Of a DNA stretch of 64,000 nt, positions 11,144 to 21,253 are shown piece after piece (position 1 is the stretch's first letter; the number at the start of each line of letters is the position of its first letter). The DNA comes from Promethearchaeota archaeon. GTDB taxonomy: Archaea; Asgardarchaeota; Lokiarchaeia; Sigyniarchaeales; SOKP01. Where the stretch lies: the NCBI GenBank assembly GCA_016840085.1, contig JAEOTA010000084.1:10401-74400 (forward strand). Reading direction: 5' to 3'. The position numbers were made by a program, and so were the translations under genes. The notes beneath the pieces are model-generated. The model made no database searches and was not told where the DNA came from. It saw nothing but the letters and a program-made list of their open reading frames with translations.

Positions 11144-11326
11144 TTGAGTAAATTCGAACGTTATAAAAATGAAACTGGAACTTACATTTATCCTCATAAA
11201 CACTGCAAGAACTGTGGTGAAATGATATCTGAAGCATTTACATACTGTTCAGAATGTTATACCAAGCTAAAAGAAAAGAAAAAGCGAAAATTATTTAGTA
11301 GAAAAACAAAACATCATAATTTTTAG
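11144..11326 (+). CDS. Small Zn-ribbon protein (DUF2116-like)
   Basis: PHKHCKNCG...YCSEC followed by a basic tail; SD GGAG upstream of TTG. Confidence 0.8.
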   Translation: MSKFERYKNETGTYIYPHKHCKNCGEMISEAFTYCSECYTKLKEKKKRKLFSRKTKHHNF

Positions 11327-11352
11327 TAGTTATTTTAAGAAAAGTAAAAATT

Positions 11353-13056
11353 TTAAATATTAAATCTATTTATTAACCAACTCTTATCTAATAAAGTTAA
11401 AAAAGAACCCAATCTTGGACCATAATTCTTCCCTAGAATTACTTGATATATTGCTCCAAATAACTTTCTTGGTGGGATTTTTAATTTTTCCTTTGCAATA
11501 GTAAATATCTTATTTTGCAAAGACTCTGGATCTATTAGCTCATTTTCATTTAAATATTCTCTTAAAAGAAAAATACCTTTTTTTTGAGTATTATTTAAAT
11601 CATTTAATATTTTACCATCAACTTTCTCAGGAATAGTAAATATATTAACCTTTCTTAAGATTTCTTTTTTTATTTTTTCATTTTTCTCACTCTCAATAAT
11701 ATCTTTTACTTCATTGATCCATTTGCTAGTTTGATTGATTAATTCTTCAAATTGTTCAATAGTGATAAAATTCTCAAAATCCTCATATTGAGTTGCATTT
11801 TTTGCTTTCTGATATAATTTTTCTATACTTAAAATATTCTGAATTTGAGTTAAAAATGTTAATGATTTAAAAGAAATTTGTACAGTTTTTTTTCTTGGAA
11901 TTTCATCAATTTGAGTTAATGGATAAATATATTTTAGATTTTCAGGATAATCACCACTTTCTTTAGTTTGTGAGAAGTATGTATCTTCCATCTTTTCATA
12001 GTAATCATAATATTGTGGAAGTTCTTCAATTCTAAATGCAATGTGTTTTATTGGGTTGGTCCTTAGTATTAAGGTCCTAAATACTTCAGGTTTGGCAATT
12101 TCAAGATATTTTTTTGGTGTAAAAACAATACCTTTTGATGTTTTCATGTCACGATCTCCTAATCTCAACCATTCATAAGGAACTTTTACAGGTCCTATAT
12201 ACTCGTATACTTCCTTACATAATTCTAATCCTGTGTCATAAGCTCCACCTTTTACACTATGATCTTTACCTGCAGGTTCACACGTAGTGTTATACAAAGA
12301 CCATTTAGCAGGCCAATCTACTCGCCAATTCAATTTTAACCTCCCACTATAAATTGATATTTTTCCTGTAGTCCCACAAGCATTACATTTATAGCTGACT
12401 TGTTGCTCATCTTTGATGTATTCAGTTACTCTATTGGGTATAATTGTACCATCTTTGGTCCGATGTTGAATTTTATCGCAATTTTCGCAAATTACCATTA
12501 CTGGCATCCAGGTTTTTTGCATTTCTGTAAAATATTGTTTCTTTACATCATCTAATGTAGGTAAAATATATTTTCCAATTATTTTTTTAATTTTAGCTGT
12601 ATTCTCAAGAGCCATTTTTATTTTTTCTTGCATTTCTTTAGTATTATATAACTCATGTGTCCATATTATTTGCGTTTTTATCCCAAAATTTCTGAATGAA
12701 GATGTTAAATCATTACCAAAATGATATGCCCAACTTTTACAATTGCAATCTTTAAAAGGGCAAGGAATAAAAGAAAAAGGTTTCCCCAAATGTTTTTCTT
12801 GGAAGCTTTTATCGATATATGGAGGAAATCTCTTAGCAGCATCAAAACTATCTAAAAATAAAAAAAACCTTACTTTATAGCCTTTACTTTTAAAGATTCT
12901 TCTTAAAGAGTCACAAATTATTATTTCTCTTAATATTCCTAGATGTATATACCCAGAAGGTGTTTTTCCTGTTGCTAAAGTAATCGGTGTTTCATTTCTC
13001 TCTAAAATTTTTTCAACTATTTCCTCTAACCAGTGAACTGGATATTCTTCAGTCAA
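11353..13056 (-). CDS. lysS: Lysine--tRNA ligase, class I
   Basis: TPSGYIHLG, WRVDWPAKW, EPAGKDH, MKTSKG, GPRLG motifs. Confidence 0.98.
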   Translation of the reverse strand: MTEEYPVHWLEEIVEKILERNETPITLATGKTPSGYIHLGILREIIICDSLRRIFKSKGYKVRFFLFLDSFDAAKRFPPYIDKSFQEKHLGKPFSFIPCPFKDCNCKSWAYHFGNDLTSSFRNFGIKTQIIWTHELYNTKEMQEKIKMALENTAKIKKIIGKYILPTLDDVKKQYFTEMQKTWMPVMVICENCDKIQHRTKDGTIIPNRVTEYIKDEQQVSYKCNACGTTGKISIYSGRLKLNWRVDWPAKWSLYNTTCEPAGKDHSVKGGAYDTGLELCKEVYEYIGPVKVPYEWLRLGDRDMKTSKGIVFTPKKYLEIAKPEVFRTLILRTNPIKHIAFRIEELPQYYDYYEKMEDTYFSQTKESGDYPENLKYIYPLTQIDEIPRKKTVQISFKSLTFLTQIQNILSIEKLYQKAKNATQYEDFENFITIEQFEELINQTSKWINEVKDIIESEKNEKIKKEILRKVNIFTIPEKVDGKILNDLNNTQKKGIFLLREYLNENELIDPESLQNKIFTIAKEKLKIPPRKLFGAIYQVILGKNYGPRLGSFLTLLDKSWLINRFNI

Positions 13057-13144
13057 AATATCTTCACTATTTAGCTAATTCTTTATAGATTTAATGAATA
13101 TATTTATTTATCATTTTTGATTTTAAATAATAGTGAAGTAACTA

Positions 13145-14968
13145 ATGAGGATCGCAGTTCTCAATAGGGATTTTTGTAAACCTGATAAATGTAGTCCTTT
13201 TGGAGAAAAGCCCTGCATAAAATATTGTCCTAGAGTGAGAACTGGCGATAAAACTATAGTTTTAAGTCCAGATGAAAAATATGTAATAATTACTGAATCT
13301 CTCTGTTCCGGAGAGGGTATATGTATTAAAAAGTGTCCTTTTAACGCGATAAATATTGTTAATTTACCAGATCCATTAGAAAATCAAATTTCATATCGAT
13401 ATGGAGTAGATCAGTTTTCTTTATTTCGAATGGCAATCCCTAAAAGAGGAAAAGTTCTTGGTTTAATTGGACAAAATGGAATTGGAAAGAGTACTTTACT
13501 AAAAATCTTATCTAATGAAATAAAAATAAATCTCGGTAGATTTGGTGATGAAGCGCCTAATTGGAAGGAAATAATTGATCATTATAAAGGATCAGAACTA
13601 CACCAATACTTTATTGATCTTAAAGAAAATAAGATAAAAATTGTTCATAAACCTCAAAATATAACTATAATTCCAAAATTTGTCTCTGGAAAAGTATTTG
13701 ATCTTCTAAGTAAGAATAATGCTGAGAAAAGATTAGAACATATAATAGAAAAATTAAATCTTAAAGAGATATTAGAGAGAGAAATATCAGTATTATCAGG
13801 CGGTGAACTCCAGAGAGTAGCCATTGCTGCTGCATATCTTAAGGACGGAGATGTATACCTATTTGATGAGCCGAGTTCTTATTTAGATGTGAGTGAAAGA
13901 ATTAATATAGCAAAATTAATCAGGAGTTTATCAGAAGAGGATAAAACAATAATAGTTGTTGAACATGATTTAGCCATATTGGATTACTTAAGTGATTATG
14001 TATCTCTTCTCTATGGTGGGCCTGGAGTATACGGAATTGTTTCTCATCCTCAGGGTGTCAGAGTTGGAATTAATATTTATTTAAATGGATATATTAAAGA
14101 TGAAAATGTAAGATTTAGAGAAATTCCTATTGTATTCCATGAACGTCCACCTCAAGAATCCTTATATGATTCTGGAGATGTTATTTTCTCTTATGATGAT
14201 ATTGAAACTTCTTTAGGAAATTTTCATTTAACTATAGCAGGGAGTGAAATCCATGCTGGTGAAATCATTGGAATATTGGGTCCAAATGGAATTGGAAAAA
14301 CTACATTTGTAAATTCTATTGCTAAAATCGTTGAAACTGATGACAAAAAAATAAAAAGTAATAAGCTAGCAGATGATAATTATAAATTAAAAGTTTCTAT
14401 AAAACCACAATATATTAAAATAGAAGAAATAGGATTAGTTTCTGATATTATAAATAAAATTAAGTTAGCACCTCATCTTAGTCAATCATCTAAAAAGCGA
14501 TTAATTAATATTTTAAATTTAGAAAATATTAGAGAAAGAAAAATCCCAGAATTAAGTGGAGGAGAACTACAAAGAGTTGCTATAGCAAAATGTTTATTAA
14601 GTGAAGCTGATATTTATTTGTTTGATGAGCCATCTGCATTCTTGGATATTGAAATGCGATTACAAGTTGCTCAACTATTAAGGAAATCTATAGAAGAATT
14701 AAAAAAAGCTAGTTTTGTTGTTGAACATGATATAATAACACAAGATTTTATCGCAGATTCGATTTTAGTATTTGAAGGAACTCCTGGATTGAGGGGAAAA
14801 GCTTTAGCGCCTCAAAACTTAAGAGATGGATTTAATAAATTTTTAAAAATAATGGAAATTACATTCAGGAGAGATTCTATAACAAAAAGACCCCGAGTAA
14901 ATAAATTAGGAAGTAATAAAGACATTTATCAAAAAAAGATTAATGAATATTATTATATTCCAAAATAG
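13145..14968 (+). CDS. rli: Ribosome recycling ATPase ABCE1/Rli1
   Basis: N-terminal Fe-S cysteines, two ABC cassettes (GQNGIGKS, GPNGIGKT, LSGGELQR x2), TFRRD...RPRVNK. Confidence 0.98.
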   Translation: MRIAVLNRDFCKPDKCSPFGEKPCIKYCPRVRTGDKTIVLSPDEKYVIITESLCSGEGICIKKCPFNAINIVNLPDPLENQISYRYGVDQFSLFRMAIPKRGKVLGLIGQNGIGKSTLLKILSNEIKINLGRFGDEAPNWKEIIDHYKGSELHQYFIDLKENKIKIVHKPQNITIIPKFVSGKVFDLLSKNNAEKRLEHIIEKLNLKEILEREISVLSGGELQRVAIAAAYLKDGDVYLFDEPSSYLDVSERINIAKLIRSLSEEDKTIIVVEHDLAILDYLSDYVSLLYGGPGVYGIVSHPQGVRVGINIYLNGYIKDENVRFREIPIVFHERPPQESLYDSGDVIFSYDDIETSLGNFHLTIAGSEIHAGEIIGILGPNGIGKTTFVNSIAKIVETDDKKIKSNKLADDNYKLKVSIKPQYIKIEEIGLVSDIINKIKLAPHLSQSSKKRLINILNLENIRERKIPELSGGELQRVAIAKCLLSEADIYLFDEPSAFLDIEMRLQVAQLLRKSIEELKKASFVVEHDIITQDFIADSILVFEGTPGLRGKALAPQNLRDGFNKFLKIMEITFRRDSITKRPRVNKLGSNKDIYQKKINEYYYIPK

Positions 14969-15281
14969 ACTAATTATTTAGGCCTCTTGAAATTGTTTTC
15001 TGATTAATATATTTTTATACACCTTGATTTCAAGTGGACTTTCTTATTAAGTAAAATTTAGAAATAATTTTTTAAATAGATAATATTAAAATTTTAATAA
15101 TATAATTTAAATACTATTATAATAGATCTTACTGGGCCCTATTCTAAAATAAATAGATATCAATTATTTATTACTATTCTAAAACTAATTTTCCAGTCGA
15201 AGTTTAAGAGTCTTTAATGATAATGTTAATTTAGAAATAAAATATACAAAAAAATAATATTAAAAAAATATTTGTTAATAT

Positions 15282-15536
15282 TTATGTTTTTAATTTCCAA
15301 AAAACAAGAGGTCTTCCCCTTTTACCATTATTACGGGTAAATTTTTCAATTATTTTTCTTTTTTGGAGTTTAACTAAATTATCATAAATAGTAGTTCTAG
15401 GCGTATTTAGTTGCCTTACTAATTCTCGCCGAGTAACTGATCCTGTATTTTCTAAAGTCTTGATTAGATTATGTTGAATTGGAGATAAGTAGTCTTTTGA
15501 ATCAACGAATTTTCCAATCAAAATTTTATTTGACAT
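15282..15536 (-). CDS. Winged HTH transcriptional regulator (TrmB-like N-terminal domain)
   Basis: TRRELV...PRTTIYDNL.KL...GRP motif. Confidence 0.8.
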   Translation of the reverse strand: MSNKILIGKFVDSKDYLSPIQHNLIKTLENTGSVTRRELVRQLNTPRTTIYDNLVKLQKRKIIEKFTRNNGKRGRPLVFWKLKT

Positions 15537-15752
15537 ATTCTATTCCTCCACATTTTAAAAAATTTTTAAAAACGACAATTTTTCGACTTTTTTATTTTTT
15601 AGATTAAAAATCTATTCCTATGATTTAATAGATTCAAATTATATTTAAATGATGCTTATTTATGTATTATTATCATCAATAAGCACAAAAATTTAAAAAT
15701 AATAATTATTAATTAAAGGTTGTATAATAATTAAATTTTAGAATCATAAGAA

Positions 15753-16127
15753 ATGACAGAAACAACAAGAACGACTGTTACTCTGAATAAAAGTTATATG
15801 AAATTAGTAAAGGATTTAGTCGATGTTTTTGGTGCAACAAGGGCTCAAGTAATAACCAACATTGTAGAATATTTTTTTAATGATAGTAAAAATGACCCCT
15901 TGTTAGAAAAACTAAGAGCTAGAAAAAGAAAAGAAAAACTTCCTGAAGAATTTGAACTTGATAAGAAAATTAAAATTTACTTAAAAAGAACAGACAATAT
16001 ACCTTTTAATATTTTTTTAGATCACCTAAAATTGGATGCAGACTTTGTTATTGACCATCTGGATGAGTGGGGAGAAAAATATAACTTCAAATTAATTAAT
16101 AACAATATTATCAAAGATAAAAAATAG
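15753..16127 (+). CDS. Ribbon-helix-helix-like DNA-binding protein
   Basis: RTTVTL...LV...G.TRAQVI..IVE N-terminal pattern. Confidence 0.6.
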   Translation: MTETTRTTVTLNKSYMKLVKDLVDVFGATRAQVITNIVEYFFNDSKNDPLLEKLRARKRKEKLPEEFELDKKIKIYLKRTDNIPFNIFLDHLKLDADFVIDHLDEWGEKYNFKLINNNIIKDKK

Positions 16128-16151
16128 TTATTTTCTATTTTATATAATAAT

Positions 16152-16358
16152 CTAATTACCTCCAAATAACTGTAGGAAGTCATTAGAAAGTCCAGTTGTC
16201 CAATCTAACATGGATGAAATAACTCCAACAATAATAAAGAAGATAAATAAAGCAAATCCGATTAATAATGCATACTCTACCAAATTTCCTCCATATTCAT
16301 CAGAAAAGAAATCTAAAATTTTATTTTTAAACTTTTTAATAGTTTTTTTTATATTCAT
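16152..16358 (-). CDS. Flp-type (type IVb/Tad) pilin
   Basis: Basic leader, then FFSDEYG|GNLVEYALL and hydrophobic helix, matching the Flp motif F..DE.G...EY.L. Confidence 0.8.
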   Translation of the reverse strand: MNIKKTIKKFKNKILDFFSDEYGGNLVEYALLIGFALFIFFIIVGVISSMLDWTTGLSNDFLQLFGGN

Positions 16359-16429
16359 TACTATTTTTAATTTTATACTAACTTTTTAAACTAAACTGAT
16401 TTAAAAAAAAGCATTGGTAAAATATAAAT

Positions 16430-16843
16430 TCAAGATTTCAAAGAATTTAAGATTTTATTTAGCTCATCTTCAGTCGCTTGATTTCTTGGTATTTTCATTT
16501 TAAATTTATCATCATTTATACTTCTTGGAATTATATGGACATGAAAGTGCCTTATTACCTGTCCAGCAGCAGGAAAATTATTTTGTAGAATATTATATCC
16601 ATCAATTTTTAATTTTTCATGAATCAATATTGAAATTTTTCTTACTATCTTAAAAACTTCAGTCAATTCATTTTCATTAATGTCTTCTATATTAGAATAA
16701 TGATTCTTTGTAATAATAATTGTGTGCCCCTTAGAAATTGGAAAAATATCTAAAAATGCTAGATATGAATCGTCTTCGAATATAATTTTCGATGGAATTT
16801 CTTTATTCTTAATTTTACAGAAAATACATTCTTCTTCTCTCAT
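16430..16843 (-). CDS. HIT family hydrolase (start likely ATG 16843)
   Basis: CIFCKI, AFLDIFP.SKGH, AGQVIRHFHVHIIPR. Confidence 0.95.
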   Translation of the reverse strand: MREEECIFCKIKNKEIPSKIIFEDDSYLAFLDIFPISKGHTIIITKNHYSNIEDINENELTEVFKIVRKISILIHEKLKIDGYNILQNNFPAAGQVIRHFHVHIIPRSINDDKFKMKIPRNQATEDELNKILNSLKS

Positions 16844-16984
16844 TTCTTTAAGAAACCTCAAAAATATTTTATCTATTTAAAAATAAATTTGTTTCATTAA
16901 TTAAAATTTAAAAAATCTTTACTGAGTTTTATCATAATAAATTATAAAAACTTTTCCTGTTACTACGTAGATAAACTGATTAAT

Positions 16985-17800
16985 ATGCTACTTCAAGAAA
17001 TACAATCAATTTTAAAAAATAAATTATCTCCTAAAATATTTAGATTAGATTCTGAAATCTATGGATTACAGTATAACTCTAAAAAAAACAATAGAATAAT
17101 AAAAAAAGTGATGCTTACTGTAGATTTAAGTAAAGAAGCAATATTTTTTGCCCTAAAAAACAAAATAAATTTAATAATATCTCACCATGGTTTAATAAAT
17201 AAGCCAACTAATACTTTTGATCAAGTCTTAATAAATAAATTGACCTTTTTGACTAAATACCCTATTTCAATATTCATATTAAATTCCTCATTTATAGCAG
17301 CAGAGGGGGGTGTTTCTGAAACGATTGCACAAGCTCTCTACTTAAATATAGAAGAAATGTTTGAAATCAGAAACTTTAAAGGAAATAAAGTTCCAATTGG
17401 AAGAATTTGTACTCCAAAAAATTATGTGAATGAAAACCAAATATTAAGCCTGGAGGATTTGATAAAACGAATTAAAGTAAATTTAAGTACATCATATGTT
17501 ATATATGTTGGAGATCTTAATAAATCAATAAGAAAAATTTGTATCGTGGGGGGTAATACTCCAAGTGTTTCTTATATAAAAAAAGCTTTAAGAAAAGATT
17601 GTGATTGTTATATCTCGGGAAATATTAATTATATAGATGCAGTTTTTAGTAGAGATATAGGATTATCTATAATAGAGATATCACATTATAAAAATGAGAT
17701 AATTGCAATAAAAAAATTATGTAATATACTAAGTTTGGAGTTTCCTTATGTTGAATTCATATTATTTGAATCGAATGATCCTTTCAAATTCTACCATTAA
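16985..17800 (+). CDS. Nif3-like (NIF3/YbgI) dinuclear metal protein
   Basis: TVDLS...IISHHGL...SHYKNE; some metal ligands appear substituted. Confidence 0.85.
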   Translation: MLLQEIQSILKNKLSPKIFRLDSEIYGLQYNSKKNNRIIKKVMLTVDLSKEAIFFALKNKINLIISHHGLINKPTNTFDQVLINKLTFLTKYPISIFILNSSFIAAEGGVSETIAQALYLNIEEMFEIRNFKGNKVPIGRICTPKNYVNENQILSLEDLIKRIKVNLSTSYVIYVGDLNKSIRKICIVGGNTPSVSYIKKALRKDCDCYISGNINYIDAVFSRDIGLSIIEISHYKNEIIAIKKLCNILSLEFPYVEFILFESNDPFKFYH

Positions 17801-17962
17801 AAATGATATAAAGAAGTAATAAGTAATAAAGTCATTTATACCTTTTAGGATCTTGAAGTAGCAAAAACAACCTTAAATAATACTTTAAATTATTTAATTT
17901 ATAGTTTGAAATTAGCAAAGTATTAAATAAATATTTAGTAGAATTTTTTAAGTGAAATTAAT

Positions 17963-18544
17963 ATGCCCATAATAGAATATAACGGGAAAAAACCTGATAT
18001 AAGTCCAAATGCTTACGTTAGTCCCCAAAGTACACTAATTGGTGATGTTAAAGTCAATAATAATGTAGTAATATGGCCAGGATCAATCATCCGTGCTGAA
18101 AATTCTTCAATTAATATAGGTGAATATACTACAATCTTTGATGGGGTAATGATGTTCACACGATCTCAAAGAAGTTCTATTAATATTGGTAGATATTGTA
18201 TAATTGAAACGGGAGTTACCCTTCTAGGATGCTTTATGGAAGATTATGTTCAAATAAAAGAGGGAACATTAATTTTTGAAGAAACTTCTATAGGTGAAGG
18301 GGTAATCATTATGAATCAGAGCCAGGTCCCACCAGGGTTAACTATTCCTGCTCGAACTGTAATGCGAGGGATTCCTGTTGATTCGATTAGAGAACAGACG
18401 CGGAACGATGTTTTAAAACAGAAAGAAAAAGCAGAAAATTATTCGCAACTTTTTATTAAAATTAAGGAACAGCTCCCAAATGCTCAGAGTTACTTATTAA
18501 CTTTACCAGATTTCATAAAATTAATGTTAATAAAAGAAGAATAA
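17963..18544 (+). CDS. Gamma-carbonic-anhydrase-like left-handed beta-helix protein lacking His ligands
   Basis: P.ISPNAYV...LIGDV...IWPG.IIRAE...I.IG hexapeptide repeats; sequence has no histidine. Confidence 0.85.
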   Translation: MPIIEYNGKKPDISPNAYVSPQSTLIGDVKVNNNVVIWPGSIIRAENSSINIGEYTTIFDGVMMFTRSQRSSINIGRYCIIETGVTLLGCFMEDYVQIKEGTLIFEETSIGEGVIIMNQSQVPPGLTIPARTVMRGIPVDSIREQTRNDVLKQKEKAENYSQLFIKIKEQLPNAQSYLLTLPDFIKLMLIKEE

Positions 18545-18566
18545 AAAAACTTTTTTAAAATGTGAA

Positions 18567-19454
18567 TTATACCATAATATTTAATATTTTTACAAGTTCT
18601 TTATATCTAGAACGAAGAGTAACTTCAGTTACTCCTACTAAATTAGCTATCTCTTTTTGCGATATTCTTTTATCTTTCATTTTACAGATTAAATAAAGAG
18701 CACCGGCACATAAACCTTTTGGATCTTTTCCCGATGTAGAAAATTTAGAAATAAAGGTTTGTAAGATTTTAATAGTCGCATTTTCCGCATCTGCATCTAA
18801 TTCTAATTCAGCTATAAAACGTGGAATAAGAGAAATAGGATCTGTAGATGGTACTTTTAAATTTAATTCTCTAATTAATGTTCTATAACATCTCCTCACA
18901 TTCTTAGCACTAATAGATGTTTGTTCCAATATTTCTTGCAGTGTTCTAGGTATTTTTCTTTCTCTACAAGCAAAATATAAGCAAGCTGCAACCATTCCAT
19001 TAATTGATCTTCCTCTTAATAATTTCTTTTTAAAAGCTTCTATATAAAGTCGTATAGCTGCCTTTTTCACATGATTGGGTAAATTTAAATTGCTCCCAAT
19101 TCGCTTTAATTCAGTTGTAGCAATTAACATATTTCTTTTATCCCAAGTCATACGAGAATTCCATTTTGCCGCTCTTTTTAAATCTGGGCTTTTGATATTT
19201 GTCTTATCAATAATCGTGCTTAAACCCATATCAGGGAGTAGAATTGAAATAGGAGAACCCGTTCTTTCTCTACTCTCTTTTTCTTGTTTAGTAAAAGCTC
19301 TTTTGCCACTATGAGAAATATCTACAATTCTTTCACTAATGACTAAGCCACATTGACTACACACGATTTCACCCTTTTCATGAAGTGAAATGGCTTTTCC
19401 CCCACACTCGGGGCATAAATTTGATAAATTACTTAAATCTGATTCTACTTCCAT
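18567..19454 (-). CDS. tfb: Transcription initiation factor IIB
   Basis: CPECG...CSQCG Zn ribbon, RAF...RTG, LRGRS, GKDPKG, GVTEVTLRSRYKEL. Confidence 0.98.
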   Translation of the reverse strand: MEVESDLSNLSNLCPECGGKAISLHEKGEIVCSQCGLVISERIVDISHSGKRAFTKQEKESRERTGSPISILLPDMGLSTIIDKTNIKSPDLKRAAKWNSRMTWDKRNMLIATTELKRIGSNLNLPNHVKKAAIRLYIEAFKKKLLRGRSINGMVAACLYFACRERKIPRTLQEILEQTSISAKNVRRCYRTLIRELNLKVPSTDPISLIPRFIAELELDADAENATIKILQTFISKFSTSGKDPKGLCAGALYLICKMKDKRISQKEIANLVGVTEVTLRSRYKELVKILNIMV

Positions 19455-19633
19455 AATAATTACCCATTTTTGTATTACAAACTAAATTTATTCCTTATAC
19501 CTTATAATTTAATTTTCTTAGGCAAATATTAACCCGTACAGCAAATAGAAAATTACTACTGTTGGTGATTCAATTTCCGTGACTGAAGTAATAATATATT
19601 CTCTGAATGCAAATAATATATGTCTAAATAAAC

Positions 19634-19650
19634 TATATAAATGTTTCGCT
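19634..19650 (-). promoter_or_regulatory. Probable BRE-TATA promoter for tfb (implies about 155-nt 5' leader)
   Basis: Minus strand reads AGCGAAACA-TTTATATA. Confidence 0.45.
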
Positions 19651-19736
19651 CTAGCTAATAAAATTTGTTTAAATTAAGTGAAAATAATATTTAAATAATT
19701 TTTTAGAATCTAATTCTCTCATAGTTTTCTTTAATA

Positions 19737-20369
19737 CTATAACAAGAATGGAAGACATGTTGTAAAACCAAATAAAATACCACCCATAATACCTGAAATT
19801 AAAATACCTAATGCTTTACTTGGGTTATTTATCAAACGATTATTATTAATCAGATACCATAGACTCAACAGAATATCTAATACTGAAATCAAAGATCCTA
19901 TAGCAAAACAGTAATAAATTGTTTTTTCGTGAGGGAATTGAGATGCACTGATATCTTGTATTCTATTCATATAAAATGGATCAATCCCACTAAAGTCTAT
20001 AAAATTATATATTAATTTGTCCGGTAATGGGTCTAAAATCCAAATTAAAAAATATGTAATATAATTAAACAAAATCCCAAAAGCTAAAAAGATATATAGA
20101 ATACCTAATATTAATCTAGGCATTCTAAAAGAATCTTCTTCCTTTTTTACACCCATTAGCTTAGATTGGCGATAAACTCCTCTTAATCGTAATAAGGTGA
20201 GAATACCGATGAATAACATAATAAACACTATAAAAAATTTCAGATATTTACATAAAATTATAAAAAAATTATTAAATGCAATACACCAATTTTCTAATCC
20301 CTTTATTGCGTCTTTAAATACATCTTCTGCAGTTTTGGTATTTCCAGTACTTAGCAGAGAAAAAAACAT
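19737..20369 (-). CDS. Membrane protein (about 4 TM)
   Basis: ORF track; hydrophobic segments. Confidence 0.75.
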   Translation of the reverse strand: MFFSLLSTGNTKTAEDVFKDAIKGLENWCIAFNNFFIILCKYLKFFIVFIMLFIGILTLLRLRGVYRQSKLMGVKKEEDSFRMPRLILGILYIFLAFGILFNYITYFLIWILDPLPDKLIYNFIDFSGIDPFYMNRIQDISASQFPHEKTIYYCFAIGSLISVLDILLSLWYLINNNRLINNPSKALGILISGIMGGILFGFTTCLPFLL

Positions 20370-20457
20370 TACATAATATTGTGAAAAAAAGAATATTTAA
20401 ACTTACAAATAATTTGGATCTATTATAGATTAGATTATAAAAATATTTTTTTTACAA

Positions 20458-20898
20458 TTACAAGATTTTTTCACATTCAGTATTTATTACTTTCATAGTA
20501 GTATTGAAATCTTGCCACCAATCCTGACCTTGTTGAGTTACTAACATTGAATCTCGTTTCCGAGAATCAAGACATCTAATTTCTTCTTTATGAGCTTTAA
20601 TTTTTGCTTTCCAAATTTCAGAAAATATGTTTTGTAAATTAATTTTTACTTTTTTAATTAGTTCCTCATAGGAAACAGATACATCTTCTGTTTTTTGTAA
20701 TCTTTGCAGTTGTTCAAATTTCACTTTCTCTTTTGCACGATTTAAATCACTACAGCTTATTTTTATAGAAAAAGGATCATCTTTTCCCCATTTACAAAAT
20801 TTCTGAATTTCACATATTGAACAATAATTTTCAAAACTGATTGTATAGTCCTCAAGACCTACTATTGAAAAGTTTAAAATTTTGGGCATAGAATTCAC
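20458..20898 (-). CDS. Hypothetical protein with Cys cluster (CxxC...C...C)
   Basis: ORF track, GTG start. Confidence 0.75.
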   Translation of the reverse strand: MNSMPKILNFSIVGLEDYTISFENYCSICEIQKFCKWGKDDPFSIKISCSDLNRAKEKVKFEQLQRLQKTEDVSVSYEELIKKVKINLQNIFSEIWKAKIKAHKEEIRCLDSRKRDSMLVTQQGQDWWQDFNTTMKVINTECEKIL

Positions 20899-21061
20899 TT
20901 TATTTATATAATTAAAAATTTAACCTTTTTCCTATTTATTTTAGGTCAAAAAATTTTTTAGTAATTTATTATTTAAATTATTCGATCAATTCTTAATTTA
21001 ATAATTACTATATTAATTTTTAAACAAAAAGTACTTTAAGAACTATAACTAATCTCTAATT

Positions 21062-21178
21062 GGGAAAGTAGCTTGGGAGAGTGGACGCTTATGATCGAAG
21101 TATCTCTTCAGTGGCTTAGCCTGGTATAGCGCACGGCTGATAACCGTGAGGCCGGGGGTTCGAAGCCCCCCTTTCCCA
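21062..21178 (+). tRNA. tRNA-Ile(GAT) with 43-nt insert near positions 8-15
   Basis: Acceptor GGGAAAG/CTTTCCC, anticodon arm CACGG-CT-GAT-AA-CCGTG, T arm GGGGG-TTCGAAG-CCCCC. Confidence 0.9.
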
Positions 21179-21253
21179 CTATTTTTAACATGAATTAATT
21201 TCAATAATGTTCATTCACTTTTTTAATTATCATTCTCTATTATAAATTTAGAA

